Assembly (NCBI GenBank): GCA_013239625.1
Contig: MU053881.1
Location: 1,612,001-1,676,000 of the forward strand
DNA from: Lama guanicoe
Lineage: Eukaryota
Reading direction: 5' to 3'
DNA length: 64,000 nt
Part shown: piece by piece, positions 24,540-37,368 of the stretch
Layout: each line of letters opens with the position of its first letter
Position numbering within the stretch: the first letter of the stretch is position 1
Position numbers and translations under genes: made by a program
The notes under the pieces: model-generated
The model's input: only the letters and a program-made list of their open reading frames with translations
The model's database searches: none
Told to the model about the DNA's origin: nothing

Positions 24540-27125
24540 GCACTTCTGGAATGATAGAGTAAGGACTTCTGAAAATCTGCTCCTCCATGAAAGCAAGAAC
24601 ACTAGGAAAAATGGACCTTTTCAGAATTCTGGAAATTAATAATATCTGGTAACAACCTAAGAAATGTTTATTCAAGAGAAATATCTGAACCTTACTGAAA
24701 ACGGTGAGGTTTGTAGCATTTTAACTTGCCCATCTCCCGGCCCCGCTGTAGCCCTAAAAACCATCAGCCTCATAATCGCGGCACCTGCGAAAAGTAGCAG
24801 CCGCAGAGGTGGCAGAACAAGGTTGAAGCCCCCAAGTGCTCATTCCCTGAGAACCGTCACTATCTGTAAGCTCCCTGGAAAAGCCCACTTTTTATAGACT
24901 TGTCTCTATTTGATCTGATGCAGAGCTCACTCACTGGGAAAAGCCCTGTTCCCGGAGGGCTTGCCAAAAACACTCAGCAGCAATTGTTTAATATTGCAGC
25001 TGCCTGAGGTAGCAGTGCCAGTTGGAGCAAACAAGAAGCTGACACAAAAACTTAAACGAAGATCTAGGGTATGCACTGTCCAAAGGGGCTTTGAAGTGCT
25101 CCACCATGTTCCTGGGAATCTAGAAACTGTACAGGGAAAGACCTAAGAAAACCCCAGCCTGTCTTCTCAGGCTGACCCTGAGGCTCCACTTAAACAGGAA
25201 ATGAAGGCAAAGACAGGGTTGTAACCTGGTGCAGCACTGAAGTTATGTTCCAGCACACCCAAAGAGCACCTTGGCGTGGAGTGGGAGACTTCCTGGATCA
25301 AGGCATTAAAGAAAAACTCTGTCTAGCTGACAATTAAACAACCCAAGCAGAGAATTCAGCAGCTGCACATGACAAAGAGTACACACTTTAGAGAATTAGC
25401 CCAGAAAAGCCCCTGAACAAACAGCAACAACAGCAAATCCCGAAAAGGAGGAAGGGTATGTAATTTCCAGGGTAGCCACATTAGATTATTTTTAATGCCC
25501 AGTTTTTAGCAAAATTATGAGACATACAAAGATACAAGAAAGTACGGCAATTTAAAAAGGACAAAAGGTGGTCCATAAAAACTATCATTGAGAAGCCCAG
25601 ATGGACTTACTAGACACAGATTTTATGTTGGATGTTATAAATATGTTCAAAGAACTGAAGGAGACCACGTCTAAAGAATTAAAGGGACACACAAGAATTA
25701 TGTACCACCAAATGGAGAGTATCAATAGAGAGACAGAAAGTATTTTTTAAAGGAGCCAAATAATAAATTCTTGAGCCGTAAAGTACAGTAACTGAAATGA
25801 ATAAATCACTAAAGGGGCTCAACAGTAGATTTGGGCTGGCAGAAGAAAGGATCAGCAAATTTGAAGTTAGGTCAATTCAGATGATCCTGACTAAGGAAGA
25901 GAAAAAAGAATGAAGAAAAATGAAGAGGGTGTCAGAAATCTGTGAGACACTATCAAGCGCGCCAACATACATAGAGCGGGGGCCTCGGCAGGGGACAAGA
26001 GAAAGAGGCATAAGGAATATATGAAGAAGTAATGGCCAAAATCTTCCCAAATATAAAGAAAACATTGTATATCCAAGAATCCTAACACATTTCAGGTAGA
26101 ATAAACCTCAGTGCACCATAGCCACATTACCAAAAGGGAAAAAATGAAGAAAGACCTTTGAAAGCAGCAAAAGAACAATGGCTCCCTCATCACAGAAGAG
26201 GGATCCTCGATAAGATTAACAGCTGATTTCCCATCACGGACCGTGAAAACCAAAAGGTGGTGGGACATATTCAAAGTGATGAAAAAAGAAGAAACGGTCA
26301 ACAAAGAAATTTGTAGCCAGGAAAGCTATACTTGAAAAGTAAAGGAGAAATTAAGACATGTCCAGATGAACAAAAAATGGAGAGAATTCATCTCTAGCAG
26401 CAGAAATACTAAAGGGATTCCTTCAGTATGAAATGAAAGGAAGCAAGACAATAATTTAAGAAATAACAGCTGAAAGCTTTTCAAATTTGCTGAAAACATT
26501 AATCTACATATCCAAGAAGCTCAGTGAGCTCTAAATAAGATAAATGCAGAGATATACATCCAGACACATCACAGTAAAATGCTGGGAGTCAAAGACAAAG
26601 AGGAACTCTTGAAAGCAGCGGGAGAGAAATGATTCATCCATACAAGGGAACCCCAGTAAGATTAACCGCTGACTTCCCGTCAGAAACAACAGAGGCTGGA
26701 AGGCACTAGGATGGCCTGACCTCTTCAAAGGACTGAAAGAAAAGAACCATCAACCTAGAATCTTACGTCGAGCAAAACTGTCTTTCAAAAATGAAGGGGA
26801 CAATGAAATGATGACTGTTTATCACAAATGATAAACAGAAATTACTGATGTTTATCAAAAATGATAAACAGGGGAGGAGGGTATAACTCAGTGGTAGCGT
26901 GAATGCTTAGCAGGCACGAGGTCCTGGGCTCAATACCCAGTATCTCCATTAAAAAATAAATAAAATAGAATAAACCTAATTACCTTCCCCCACCAGAAAA
27001 AAAAAAATGAAGGATAAACAGAATTACATAATGGTGATGGCCACGCGATTCTGCAAGTATACCAAAAATCCCGGAAACATACTCTTTAAAAAGTGAATTT
27101 CATGGTACATGAATTACATCTCAGT
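24540..27125 (+). mobile_element. Old L1 (L1MC/MD-like): 5'UTR and ORF1 remnants plus 3' end, interrupted by a SINE
   Basis: A-rich ORF1-like text (GGGCTCAACAGTAGATTTG...GAAGAAAGGATCAGCAAATTTGAAG; AAGATTAACAGCTGATTTC); 3' end GAATTTCATGGTACATGAATTACATCTC. Confidence 0.85.
26872..27007 (+). mobile_element. tRNA-derived SINE
   Basis: GGGTATAACTCAGTGGTAG...GGTCCTGGGCTCAATACCCAG, A-tail; flanks share GATAAACAG. Confidence 0.88.
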
Positions 27126-27869
27126 AGAACCTTTTTATTTCAATCCAACATATTTACTTTCCACTGAGGCTTCTAATCAGCACCGCCGCTGCCCTGCACT
27201 GAGTCTGAGAAGGGTAACTGCCAGAGCAAATCTCCACGCCAAGGCTGGCCTGCTCGACCCTGAACTCCAGGGCTGCAGCCGTATACCTGGCATGTCATCA
27301 CAGCCAGAACACTGGAGGCCCATCTGAGCTGCCATTTCCAAAGGAGACTCTTCAGAGCTGTTGTGCAGTCAGCGTTTGTTCAGCAACACGAAGCCAAAGA
27401 ATGGAAAACCTCCTCCTGTGTTTCTCTCCTCCCTGCGATCTAAGGGGTGCGTGTCTGTGTAGGAGTGTGCAAATGCGTGTGCACATAACAAAGAGAGAGC
27501 GTGCTGGAATTCCAGCCGGCACTGGGTTTTGGTGTCCGCTCTGTGCTGCTGCTGCTGTCCCGGGCACTTTATATACACACAATGTCTCATGCAATCCTCG
27601 TGCAGTCTGGAGAGGCAGGGGATCGGTACTCCCCACGTTTCCCAGAAGCAGTCTTTGCCGAGAGAGGACAGGCTCTGGCTGAAGACTTAGAGCTTGTCAG
27701 CTGGGGAGCCGGGCTCTGAGGCCTCGGTGCTCCCTGGCACTATTGGCCTAATCACATCCAGACCCTGAGGCCTAAGTGCCCGACTCACCGACTCGTTCCT
27801 GGCTCTGCATTTGCCCACCTCCAAGCCTCACTTCATCTACCTGCAAACTCGGTTTAAAAGCCCTGGGCC

Positions 27870-27978
27870 AGGTGTGGGGTAGAGCTCAGCAGTAAAGCGC
27901 GTGCTTAGTATGCGTGAGGTCCTGGGTTCAATCCCCAGTATCTCCATCAAGAAAATAAAATAAAAAATAAAAATAAAA
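27870..27978 (+). mobile_element. tRNA-derived SINE with perfect 15-bp TSD TAAAAGCCCTGGGCC
   Basis: TSDs at 27855-27869 and 27979-27993; TTT/AAAA L1-endonuclease target. Confidence 0.92.
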
Positions 27979-28741
27979 TAAAAGCCCTGGGCCTCCTCTG
28001 TCCCACCAGGGGAAGCCCCAGAGAAGCATGGCCGAAGGTTGTTGTCCTCACGGCGGGTGGGTGTCCTAGGGTCAAGAGCCAGAGCCCCATAACCTGAGCC
28101 AGCCGAGTGGGGAGAGGCAGAGGCAAGGGCCTGTTGGGCAGAGCAGGGAGCAGGCAGAGTGGGAGTCAGGGGTCCTGGCAGCACCCAGAGGAACAGGTGT
28201 GAGCTGTGAGCAGTGGCTATGATGACCCCAGCGGCCTCAGGCACTCAGGCTAGACCCCGGCCCTCGCCACCTCCAGGCGTGCGCACTGAGCAATTGCCAG
28301 GCTGTGGGAAGGGCTCTTCCAATTTGCTTCTCCAGGAATATAGCCTTTTCGGGAAACACTCAGAAATGGTCCTCCCAAGACTAAAAGTGCTAGGAGGGCA
28401 TGCTGGGCCCCCAGACCCCCCACCCGCTTCTGCTCACCCATCAACAAGCAGCTCGTGTGCCCTCCTGTCCTCCGGGGCTGAGAGGGTGTGGCCCCCAGTT
28501 CGGGAAACCCGGTCCCTGTCAGGCCACATCAATTCAGTTAAAGAGGCCACAGAATCACTGAACCCTCAAACCTGTTTTATTTATTTCCCAAGTCATCTGG
28601 CTCTTATTTAATTGCTCCCGCTTTCCTGACAGCAGAGGCAGCAGATCCAGCCAATCCCTGGAGCACGTGTTTGAAAGCTGTGTGCAGAACGGGGCCGGGC
28701 GCGGTGGGACGGCCACCCGGAAGCCCTGCAGCCCAGCTCAC

Positions 28742-28872
28742 TTTTTTTTTTTTAATTGAAGTGTAGTCAGTTACAATGTATAAATTTCTGGTGTACAGAG
28801 TAATGTTTTAGTCATGCATATGTATACATATATTTGTTTTCATATTTATTTTCATTAAAGGTTATTACAAGA
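28742..28872 (-). mobile_element. Very short L1 3' tail insertion
   Basis: Poly-T followed by AATTGAAGTGTAGTCAGTTACAATG; flanks CAGCTCACTTT / CACCTCACTTT. Confidence 0.8.
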
Positions 28873-28999
28873 CCACCTCACTTTCTAAGCAGGGACCCCT
28901 GGATCCCCCTCCCCACCCATCGCTCTTGGCAGGCCAGCTCACCGTGGGCCATGGAGCGCATCTCTAGAAGCCTCGGGCAGCCCGAGCACAAACCCTGTA

Positions 29000-29308
29000 C
29001 GATTGGCCCCCATATTCACAGGTTCCACATCTGTGGATTCAACCAACCATCTATCAGAAATTTTGTTTTAATTTCCAGAAGGTTCCAGAAAGCACAACTT
29101 GAATTTGCTGTACACCGGAAACTCGGTACATAGTGTTTGTGTGTGAGGTATTATAAGTAATCTAGAAGTGATTTAAAATATCCAGGAGGATGTGTGTATG
29201 GTATGTGCAAATAGAACCATTTTATACACAGGATTTGAACATCCTTGGCTTCTGATATCCTTGGGGGGCCGTGGAACCGATCCCCCCGAGGCTACCAAGG
29301 GAGGACTG
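29000..29308. mobile_element. MER2/MER2B-like TcMar-Tigger element with TA TSD
   Basis: GGTTCCACATCTGTGGATTCAACCAACC...TATTATAAGTAATCTAG...TACCAAGGGAGGACTG, flanked by TA. Confidence 0.85.
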
Positions 29309-29344
29309 TACGGTGAAGCTCGGCGCTCCTGCCCTTCTGCCCTC

Positions 29345-29900
29345 TCATCCACCCAGCGCGTGTTCACAGAGTGCTCGTGCCTGCTGGGCCCTACTTGGGG
29401 CCGGAGGGAGATGGCTGGGAGCCAGGCACACAGGGCCCCAGCTCTCAGGGAGCTGCCTTGCTGTTGGGGCTGCCAGACAGTAACGGAAACACAAATAAAC
29501 AGATTTCAGAAGTGAAGACTGTGATGAGTGCTTGGAAGGAAATACTAGGGAGCTGTGATGGAAACCAGGGGGGCGATGGTCAGGAAGGCAGGTGTGAATG
29601 TCCTGGGGCCAAAGAGAGCTGGCCCCTCTGGGCACCGAGAGAGACAAGGGGTGCTCAGCGCCAGGCCGAGGGTGACATGGACCAGGAGGAGCAGGGCCAC
29701 GTGGGACCGCTGTGCCCCCGAGAGTCTGCACATTATTCCACGTGAATGGGAAGCCCTGGGAAGGGGTGGGCATTTTTTAAAGGCCCCTCTGGCTGGTGGG
29801 ATGGGTGTGCCCAGAAGGAGGCTGTAAAGATGATGCCAGCGGTAAGCAGTGGTGGCTGGTGACGGGTGTCAGCAGGGCCCAAGAGAGGTGGTGGCTTGGT
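29345..29900 (-). mobile_element. L2 fragment
   Basis: Antisense L2 3' pattern (GGCCCCAGCTCTCAGGGAGCT...ACACAAATAAAC...GATGGTCAGGAAGGC). Confidence 0.6.
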
Positions 29901-30699
29901 GTGAGTCATGGTGGAGTCTCAGGTGGGCTCCATGCGTCCAGTCCCACCAGTGATGGGATCAGCCTCTGGAATGCTGCCATTCCCACTCTGGCCAGCCCTC
30001 TGGGGACGGTGCATGGGGCCATGGGTTTAGGGCCCCACAGGGCTGCTTCCCACTAGCTGGGTGACCTCAGACAGGCCATGCTCCCTCCCAGGGACCTCAG
30101 GTGACACAGTAAATGTCAGAGCTCTTCCTGCCAAAATAGTTTGCACTTTGTTAGGCTTGAAGTCAGGCTGCCTGGGGGGTTCTGCTCAGATTGGAGCAGG
30201 ACGTGACCCTGGGCACGGTAAGCTTTTTGAGCCTTGGTTTCCGCGTCCGTAAAATGTGCTGGTCAGGCGGCAGCAGGGGTTAAATGAGGTGGCTGGGGAG
30301 GGCAGACGGCAGAGTTCCCAGTGCAGGATGATCCCTGAGTGAGTGATGGTGACTTCTGCGGCCCCTCCTTCGTCTCCTGAGCTGCACCTCACGCCAGGCT
30401 CTGGGCTCCACTCTCAGGACCCCAGGCGCCCAGAATGGTCATCGCAATCTGAACTTTCCTGGAGGGAGCTTGGAGGTGAGGGGCAGCAAAACCTGGAGGC
30501 CCAGACAAAAGCACAGCCACTTTTAAGTTAACTTAATTGCCTTGTCTGACTTGGTGGCCACACACGTGTATCTGACAGCATTAAAGGGTCCACGGTGAAA
30601 AGTCGGTCTCTCCCTGCCACTCCTGCCTTCCCACCGCCCCATTCCCCTACCTGGAAGCAACCTGCTGGCCACATCCTTCTGTCCACACCCAGAGATGTC

Positions 30700-32260
30700 C
30701 CACATTTACACAAACAAAAGTCCAGCCATTTCTTTTAGCATGAATGGCTGCCTATTAACACACTGTTAACACACCTTTAAAAAAAATGTAACCATATGCC
30801 TGGGAGAGTACTCCATGTCAGAACCTAAAGAAGTACTTTAGTCTTTTTCACAGCTGCATAGATAAGCATTTTTTAAAATTGAAGTATACTCAGTTACAAT
30901 GTGTCGATTTCTGGTGTACAGTATAATGTCCCAGTCATCCATATATATACATATATTTGTTTTCATATTCTTTTTCATGAAGGTTATGACAAGATATTGA
31001 ATATAGTTCCCTGTGCTACACAGAAAAATTTGGTTTTTTTGTCTATTTTTATATATAGTGGTTATCATTTGCAAATCTCAAACTCCCAAATTTATACCTT
31101 CCCACCCCCTTCCCCTAGTAACTATAAGATTATTTACTGTGTCTGTGAGTCTGTTGCTGTTTTGTAGATGAGTTCACTAGTGTCCTCTTATTTTTTTTGT
31201 ATTCCACATATGAGTGATCTCATATGGTATTTTTCTTTCTCTTTCTGGCTTACTTCACTTAGAATGGCGATCTCCAGGTCCATCCATGTTGCTGCAAATG
31301 GCATTATTTTATTCTTTTTTATCTCTGAGTAGTATTCCATTGTATAAATATACCACAGCTTCTTTATCCAGTCCTCTGTCGATGGGCATTTAGGTTGCTT
31401 CTACGTCTTGGCTGTTGTAAATAGTTAGGTAAGCATTTATAGAAGCAGCCATCCTTTCTCTAAGCAGCTCCACTTGTGCTGTTCCTAAAGGTTTTTACTC
31501 TCTCAACCAGTTCTGCAAAGAGTAACCTTACACACCTGTCTTCTCATGTGTATCTGTTAATATATCTATGGAATAAATTTCCAGGAGGATCAGTGCGGCA
31601 ATTGGCAAAAAAGTCTGACATCTTAGGCAGCATCACTCTGTGTAGAGAGTGTACCAGTTTATCCTCGCTCAACCTGTGTGTGTGGTGACCTTTCCCTTCA
31701 CACGATGTCATCGGATTTTTTCACTTTTCCTAATCTGATATGATTGTAGTTTTAACTCTCCTTTCTTTTATCGTGAATGAAGAGTCCCTTTTTTCCCCGT
31801 GTGCTTAAGGGCTCTGTTTTTTTGTGGACTCGCTGTTCATTTCTTTTGGCCATTTTTCTGTAAGATTGTTGATGTTTGTAGAGTCGATCTGCAGGAGCCT
31901 TGTTTGTCAGGGTATCTAGCCTTTGTGACATGAGTTAGAAATATGTTTCCATGATGGCTTTGGACTTTGCTAACGGTGCTTTCTGCCTCGCAGACATTTT
32001 TGTTTTTATGTGGTTGGGTCAGACTTTATGTCATGGTTTCAAGATTATGAACTGAAGTTGGGGAAGCTCCATGGTTAGAAAGGAATTTTTCCATATTTTC
32101 CTCTAGGATTTTTGTGATTTTTTTTTCTTAAACATGTAATTCTTTGATTCTTCTGAAATTTATCCTGGTTCATGCTGAGGTATGAATCCAACTTGACTTT
32201 GTCCCGATAACCACCGGCCTGCTCACCACCTTCTATTCATAATAACTCTCTTCTCAGCGG
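30700..32260 (-). mobile_element. Ancient L1ME-like fragment hosting a younger L1
   Basis: Degenerate antisense ORF2-like text (TTTTGGCCATTTTTCT...GAATCCAACTT). Confidence 0.65.
30872..31425 (-). mobile_element. Younger L1 3' fragment with 13-bp TSD TAG(A/G)TAAGCATTT
   Basis: TSDs at 30859-30871 and 31426-31438; CATCCATGTTGCTGCAAATGGCATTATTTTATTC. Confidence 0.9.
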
Positions 32261-32899
32261 TTCAAGAGGCTCAGATGGAGCAGGGTGGGGGTGGAGGGGT
32301 GGCAGGGGCAGATCGCAGCGTGGATGGGGCTTCGGATTTGGGCCTCTGTCCTAAGAACAATGGGAAAGCAAAGGGTCGGGGGATGGGAGTGCCATGATCA
32401 GATCTGCATGTAGCCTCCCAGTGGAGACTGCAGGGGGATGGGTCAGCATATTTGAAGCTCCTCTGATCCCAGGCACATCCCCTTTGCTCCTAGTGAGGCT
32501 TCTTCTCCCGGGCCTCCAGCCCCGTCTCCAGCACCATTTCGGGGTGAACTCCTGGGGGTCTTGATAGCCACACAGAAGCCCCTCCCACCCTCTTCTGCCA
32601 CCATCACTCGTGGCCGATGGCCCCACTTCCTCCTTCCCTGGCACAGTTGGAGCCGTTGGAAGAGAGCTTCCCGTAAATCCCGCTGCATGTCTGCACACCA
32701 AGCAGCACCATGCACCACCTCCTGGTGCCGCCTCTGATGCCGGGGCGAGTCCCCCTCACCCCCTCCAGGACGTCGCTCCAGGAATGCCCGGTTTCCAACA
32801 TGTTGGATCTGCGCCCCCTGCTGACGACTCCCACTGTGCAAACACGCTTCTGTGCCTCGCATTGGGAAGAAGTACCCCTCTCTGGGCTCCGTGCCACCA

Positions 32900-33800
32900 A
32901 AGCAACGACTCTGTGTCTTTGCTCCCATCTGCAGCAGAACGCCCCGAAAGCTGTGACTGTCCACTTCCTCCCCTTCCCTCTCCCCAGACGCCCACTGCCA
33001 TCTCCCCTCCTGGTGGTGTCCAGCCGTCAGATCTCGGCCTTTGCCTCGTGTGGCCATCAGCAGGGATGGGCACAGTGGTGGGGCCCTCTTCCTCAGTGCA
33101 CTTTCTCCACTCAGCTTCCAGAACCTCCTTCTCTTCTCCCCACTTCTAACTGCTGGGGTGCCCCCAAGGGCCATGTGTACAAAGCTGAGCCCCTGATCCT
33201 TCCAGCAAACCTGCCAACCCACAGCCTCCCCGCTTCTGTTGATGGCAACATCTTTTCAGAGTCGCTCAAGCCAAAATCTTCCTCAACTCATGTCTCTCAC
33301 ACTCCACAGTCTAGAGAAATCCTCTTGGCTCCTCCTTTAGAATCAATCCAGAATCCAACCACGTCCACCCCCTCCACCGCCACCACCGGCTGTGGGCCAC
33401 CACCACCTCTCCCCCACGTCCCTGCGATGGCCACCCCACACAGTGTGATCCTTTTAAAATATGAGCCAGGCCATGTTCTCTCTGCTCAAAACCCTGCAAG
33501 AACTCCCATCTCAGAGAGAGGATAAGTCCTGCAAGCAGTGGGTAGAGCCGTCCCCGTCTGCGCCGCCCCCAGCGCTGGCAGCGCCCCTTCCCTGGCCCTG
33601 CGCCTCTCCTGCTCCTTTGCACTGGCGCCTTCCAGGGGACGTACCATTTAGCACGCTTCCTGTATCTCAGCTGTCTCCTCCCTAGAAGGGTCGCTCCTCA
33701 GGACAGGGATCCTTGCCGCTCTCACGACTGTGTCTCACTTGCCCAGAACAGCATCTGAAACAGGAGTCACTCAGCAAATGTCTGTGGGGTGAGTGAAGAG
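32900..33800 (+). mobile_element. L2 fragment
   Basis: TGGGGTGCCCCCAAGGGC...GTGATCCTTTTAAAATATGAG...CAGCAAATGTCTGTGGGGTGAGTGAA. Confidence 0.6.
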
Positions 33801-34706
33801 GGAGGTGAGGGAAGACTCTTCCCAAGATGCTGGCAGCATGGATTAGGCCGTGGTGTCGGTACCAAGTGGTACTGGGGGTGGCAGCAGGGACTGGCTGTGA
33901 GCAGGTGGATCCCAGGGCAGTAAACAATGGATGTGACGATAGACCGGGGAGGGAGAGCGTGTCGAGGGGAACTCCTTGTTTTCCGGGTCACCAGCTGGGT
34001 GGGAGGGGATGTCATCCGCGGAGACGAGGGGCCGAAGAGCACATGGGTGGGCAGAGCACGCGTGTGGCTGCGCGTGTCTGTTTAAGGAATCTTGGGACTC
34101 TTCAAGGGGAGATCAAGCAGGCAGCTCGCAAAGGGAGCCTGGGCTTCAAGGCAGGGTCGGGACTGGAGGTACACGTTTGGGACACTTCCGCCTAATGTAG
34201 CCACGAGCGTGGAAGAGACCCGGGGAGGACGGAGAGGAGACGGATGAACAGGGAACTGAAGAGAAGGAAGCTTAGACCTGAACCCCGAGGGTGAGCCTGG
34301 GAGAGGAGGCAGAGTCAGCTGAGCCGCCAGGGAGGTGGGAGATGAGTCCAGTGGGGAGGAGAGACCCTTGCCAGGCTTACGGACGGGGAGGTCATTTGAG
34401 ACCTGGTGAGAGTTTGACAGGGAGGGCCTCCACTCGGAGGGTCACGAGGGGCGTGGGAGAAGAGGAGTGAGGAGAGGAGGCCCCCCACTTCCAGCAGGGC
34501 GCTTCCTTGTGAAGGAAGGAGAGGTGGGCAGGGCAGAGGAGGACGTGGAGTGCAGGCTGGCTTCTTCATGGAAGGGATCGGAGCATGTTCAGGCTGAGGG
34601 GGAAGGCTCTGCTTGAGAGGATGGGCTTGACAGCGACCAGGAGAGAGAGGGGGCGGTGGGGGCGGCAAGGACCCAGAGAGGTGGAGGCGGGTCTGCTCCT
34701 CTGAGC

Positions 34707-35543
34707 TGTCCGCAAAAATAATCAATCAACACTCTATACCAGGAATGGAAGAGTTTATTTGAGCCAAAGTGAGGACTACAGCCTGGAAGACAGCCTCCCA
34801 CGTCACTCTGAGAAACTGGTCTGGGGAAGCCCGGTTTGGGTTTTTATTTTTGTTTGGGGGGGGTTATTTCTTTTTTAGATTCGTATGGTGGATTTCATAG
34901 AGATTTTTTCTTTGGATGTTTTTGTGGTTTTTTTAACATTTTTTATTGAGTTATAGTCAGTTTATAAAGTTGTGTCAATTTCCAGTGTAGAGCACAATTT
35001 TTCAGTCATATATGAACATACATATATTCATTGTCACATTTTTCTCGCTGTGAGCTACCACAAGATCTTGCATATATTTCCCTGTGCTATACAGTATAAT
35101 CTTGTTTATCTGTTCGGCATATGCCTGTCAGTATCTACAAATTTTGTGATTTTTTTTTTAACTGAAGTTTAGTTCAGCACAGTTTTATGTCTTTTCTGAA
35201 CAAAGAACATCAAACAAGTCAGGGAGACGTCCCTTCAAGGTTTCAAGAAGAGCAGACCAGCACGTACTCCGCGAGTCGTGTGGCCTTGGCCTGGGAAGGG
35301 AGCCTTATCGCAGGAGAAGCAGCGCTGGCGTTCCAGGAAGGGAGGCATTTAATCCTGATTTTCCACACGGACATTCTTTACTTCCGGTCAATGCGCGCTT
35401 TTCTTTAATAATTAAAGCAGATGTACAAGGTATTTTGATAGGCCACGAACAGACTGTTTCAGTTCACACGTAAAATTCAGGTTAACTCACGTGTAAGCCA
35501 GATGACTTCCCCACACCTCAGCATGTGAACGTTTCTTTCATCA
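34707..35543 (-). mobile_element. ERV1-like solo LTR (TG...CA, 4-bp TSD GAGC/GAGT) interrupted by L1 tail sequence
   Basis: Termini TGTCCGC...TTTCATCA; antisense polyA signal TTTATT near 34756. Confidence 0.7.
34900..35145 (-). mobile_element. Young camelid-type L1 3'UTR nested in the LTR
   Basis: Reverse complement closely matches the 20182-20480 element (GCTGTGAGCTACCACAAGATCTTG). Confidence 0.88.
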
Positions 35544-36584
35544 GAGTCAACCTGAGGGGCACGGAGCGGAGGCCGTGCACGGGTGCAGGTGCAGGCGGGG
35601 GTGAGCGTGTGGCAGCGCAAAGATGCCGGCAAGTCCACGTGGTGGCTTTCTCTTCTCTGTAAAACAAGGAGCAAAGACGTTGGCTGAAAGTGAGGCATTA
35701 GGTGTACGGATATCCGCGTGGCCATCGCCCTGCCCCACCCTTAGTCTAGGATTAGGGGACACACGGTCCCCCCGTTATATTCTCAGGTCTTAGCACCATT
35801 GTACGTCAGTTTTTCAAGCCAAAAATTTTTGTCTCATCTCTGTGCTTCCGCTACGCCCCAGGCACCCCTCCACCCCCACCTCCACCGTCAAATCCATGAG
35901 CGGGTCCTGTCTGTCCTCACTAACGGGTATCATCTGACTCACTTCTCCGTCTCCACTGCCAGCACCCGCGTTGGGGCCACAGTCCTTGGGGACAGCTGCA
36001 ACGCGTCCCTGTGCCCACTCTCGCCTCCTCAAACCACTCCTCCATGCAGAACCCTTCAGTGGTCCCCACTGCCCTTCCAGTCACGTCCCCTGGACCGTGT
36101 CTTGGAAACCAGACCTTGTGCTCTGGCTGCCTTCTCCCCAGGCCCCCCGGCTGCCGCCACTTGGCCCCTCCTAGTCCCCAGCTGCCCAGTGACCTTCGTG
36201 TGCTCCAAACTTTTCCTTCTCCGCCACGCTCTTCCTTCCCCTTCCTCTCCCAGGTAATCATCCCTCACCACCTGCGCTCAGCCTGGCCTGCTGTCCCCCG
36301 TCGGCCCAGCCAGGCTCTGGCCACTCGTTCTGTGCTGGGAGCTCCCTGTGCTTCTCCGTGTGTAATGGTTTTCTTAAGTATCGATCCGTCCAAGGAAAAC
36401 TCTGCGTCAGAGACCTTGCCTCTTTCACCCCTGGTGCCATCACTTGCCCATCACATAAACGTGTGCCGGCTGCCAGCCTCACTCTCCAGGCCGAGGGCAG
36501 AGGAGCTGCTGGCTGGGCAGCAGGGTGGCTCTAGGGGAAAATGTGCAGGATGGGAGGGTTCGGAGGCCTCCTCCAGGGCTGAGC

Positions 36585-36740
36585 TCCACCTGTAACCAAT
36601 GACGTGGCCTTGGACAAGTCAATCCTTTCTCTCTGAGCCTCTGTGTTGTCACCTGTCACATGTTCATCATACCTCTCACAAAAATTATTGAGAAGGTTAA
36701 ATGCAGATGTGGATATGCGATGTGGATTGCATGCTGTAAG
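36585..36740 (+). mobile_element. MIR SINE
   Basis: GTGGCCTTGGACAAGTCAATCCTTTCTCTCTGAGCCTC...GAGAAGGTTAAATG. Confidence 0.65.
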
Positions 36741-37360
36741 CCGAGGACCCATGTGGGTGTCCTGGGGGTTCTCCTGGCGGGGTTGGGGAGCAAGTCTCAG
36801 CCCGCGGCGCCAGCCTTCCCTGGAGGGCCACCCGTGCTTCCAGACGCAGCCCCCTTCAAGCCCCCACACACAGCCAGGCTCGGCACTGCTAACCCCGAGG
36901 CTGGGCTGCGGCCACACCTGCCCCGCACATCTGCTCAGCCACACACGTCCAGTGCCCCTAGGGTGTTTGTCCCTCTGTTCAAAATGTTTTCTCCCCCAAG
37001 TCTCTCCCTGTCCATGGTAAGCTCCAGAATTTGTTCTTCAAGCAAGAACAAGGTCTGGCTCCTGCCTTGCCTGCCAAAACCCGACCCGGGTGGGCCCCAA
37101 GCAGGGAGCAGCGGCAGCCTCGGGCGATGAAGGCGTGGACCCAGACTTCCTGAACTGTCATCACCACGCCCACGGCCACCCAGCCCCTCCAAGGACAAAG
37201 GCGCTCCCTCTGCCCTGCCAGTTGGCTTTGGGGGCGGCCGCAGCATCAAAGTCTTGCGAGGAGGGGAGGCCAGGAAACGGGCGAGGGAGGGGCCGGCCTG
37301 GCCCAGGGGACCGTCTCTCCCTGTGATGCTGACTGTGGCTTCTCTGCTTGTGTCTTGCAG

Positions 37361-37368
37361 GTCCTCCC
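37361..37368 (+). CDS. COL23A1: COL23A1 8-nt microexon GTCCTCCC (G|GT CCT CCC = GPP), phase 1-0 (probably exon 4)
   Basis: GCTGAC branch motif (~37328-37333), TCTCTGCTTGTGTCTTGCAG acceptor, GTAAGT donor. Supplies exactly the 8 nt needed to keep the Gly-X-Y frame between the 45-nt exon and the next 27-nt exon. Confidence 0.92.

Noticed and set aside
27870..27978. tRNA-like A/B boxes here and at ~20883, 26872, 39916, 41900, 46487 and 57680
   Set aside because: A-tails, TSDs and the lack of a full cloverleaf indicate SINEs, not tRNA genes
32443..33525. 259-aa and 271-aa overlapping ORFs
   Set aside because: GC-rich decayed L2-like sequence with few stop codons; no protein signature
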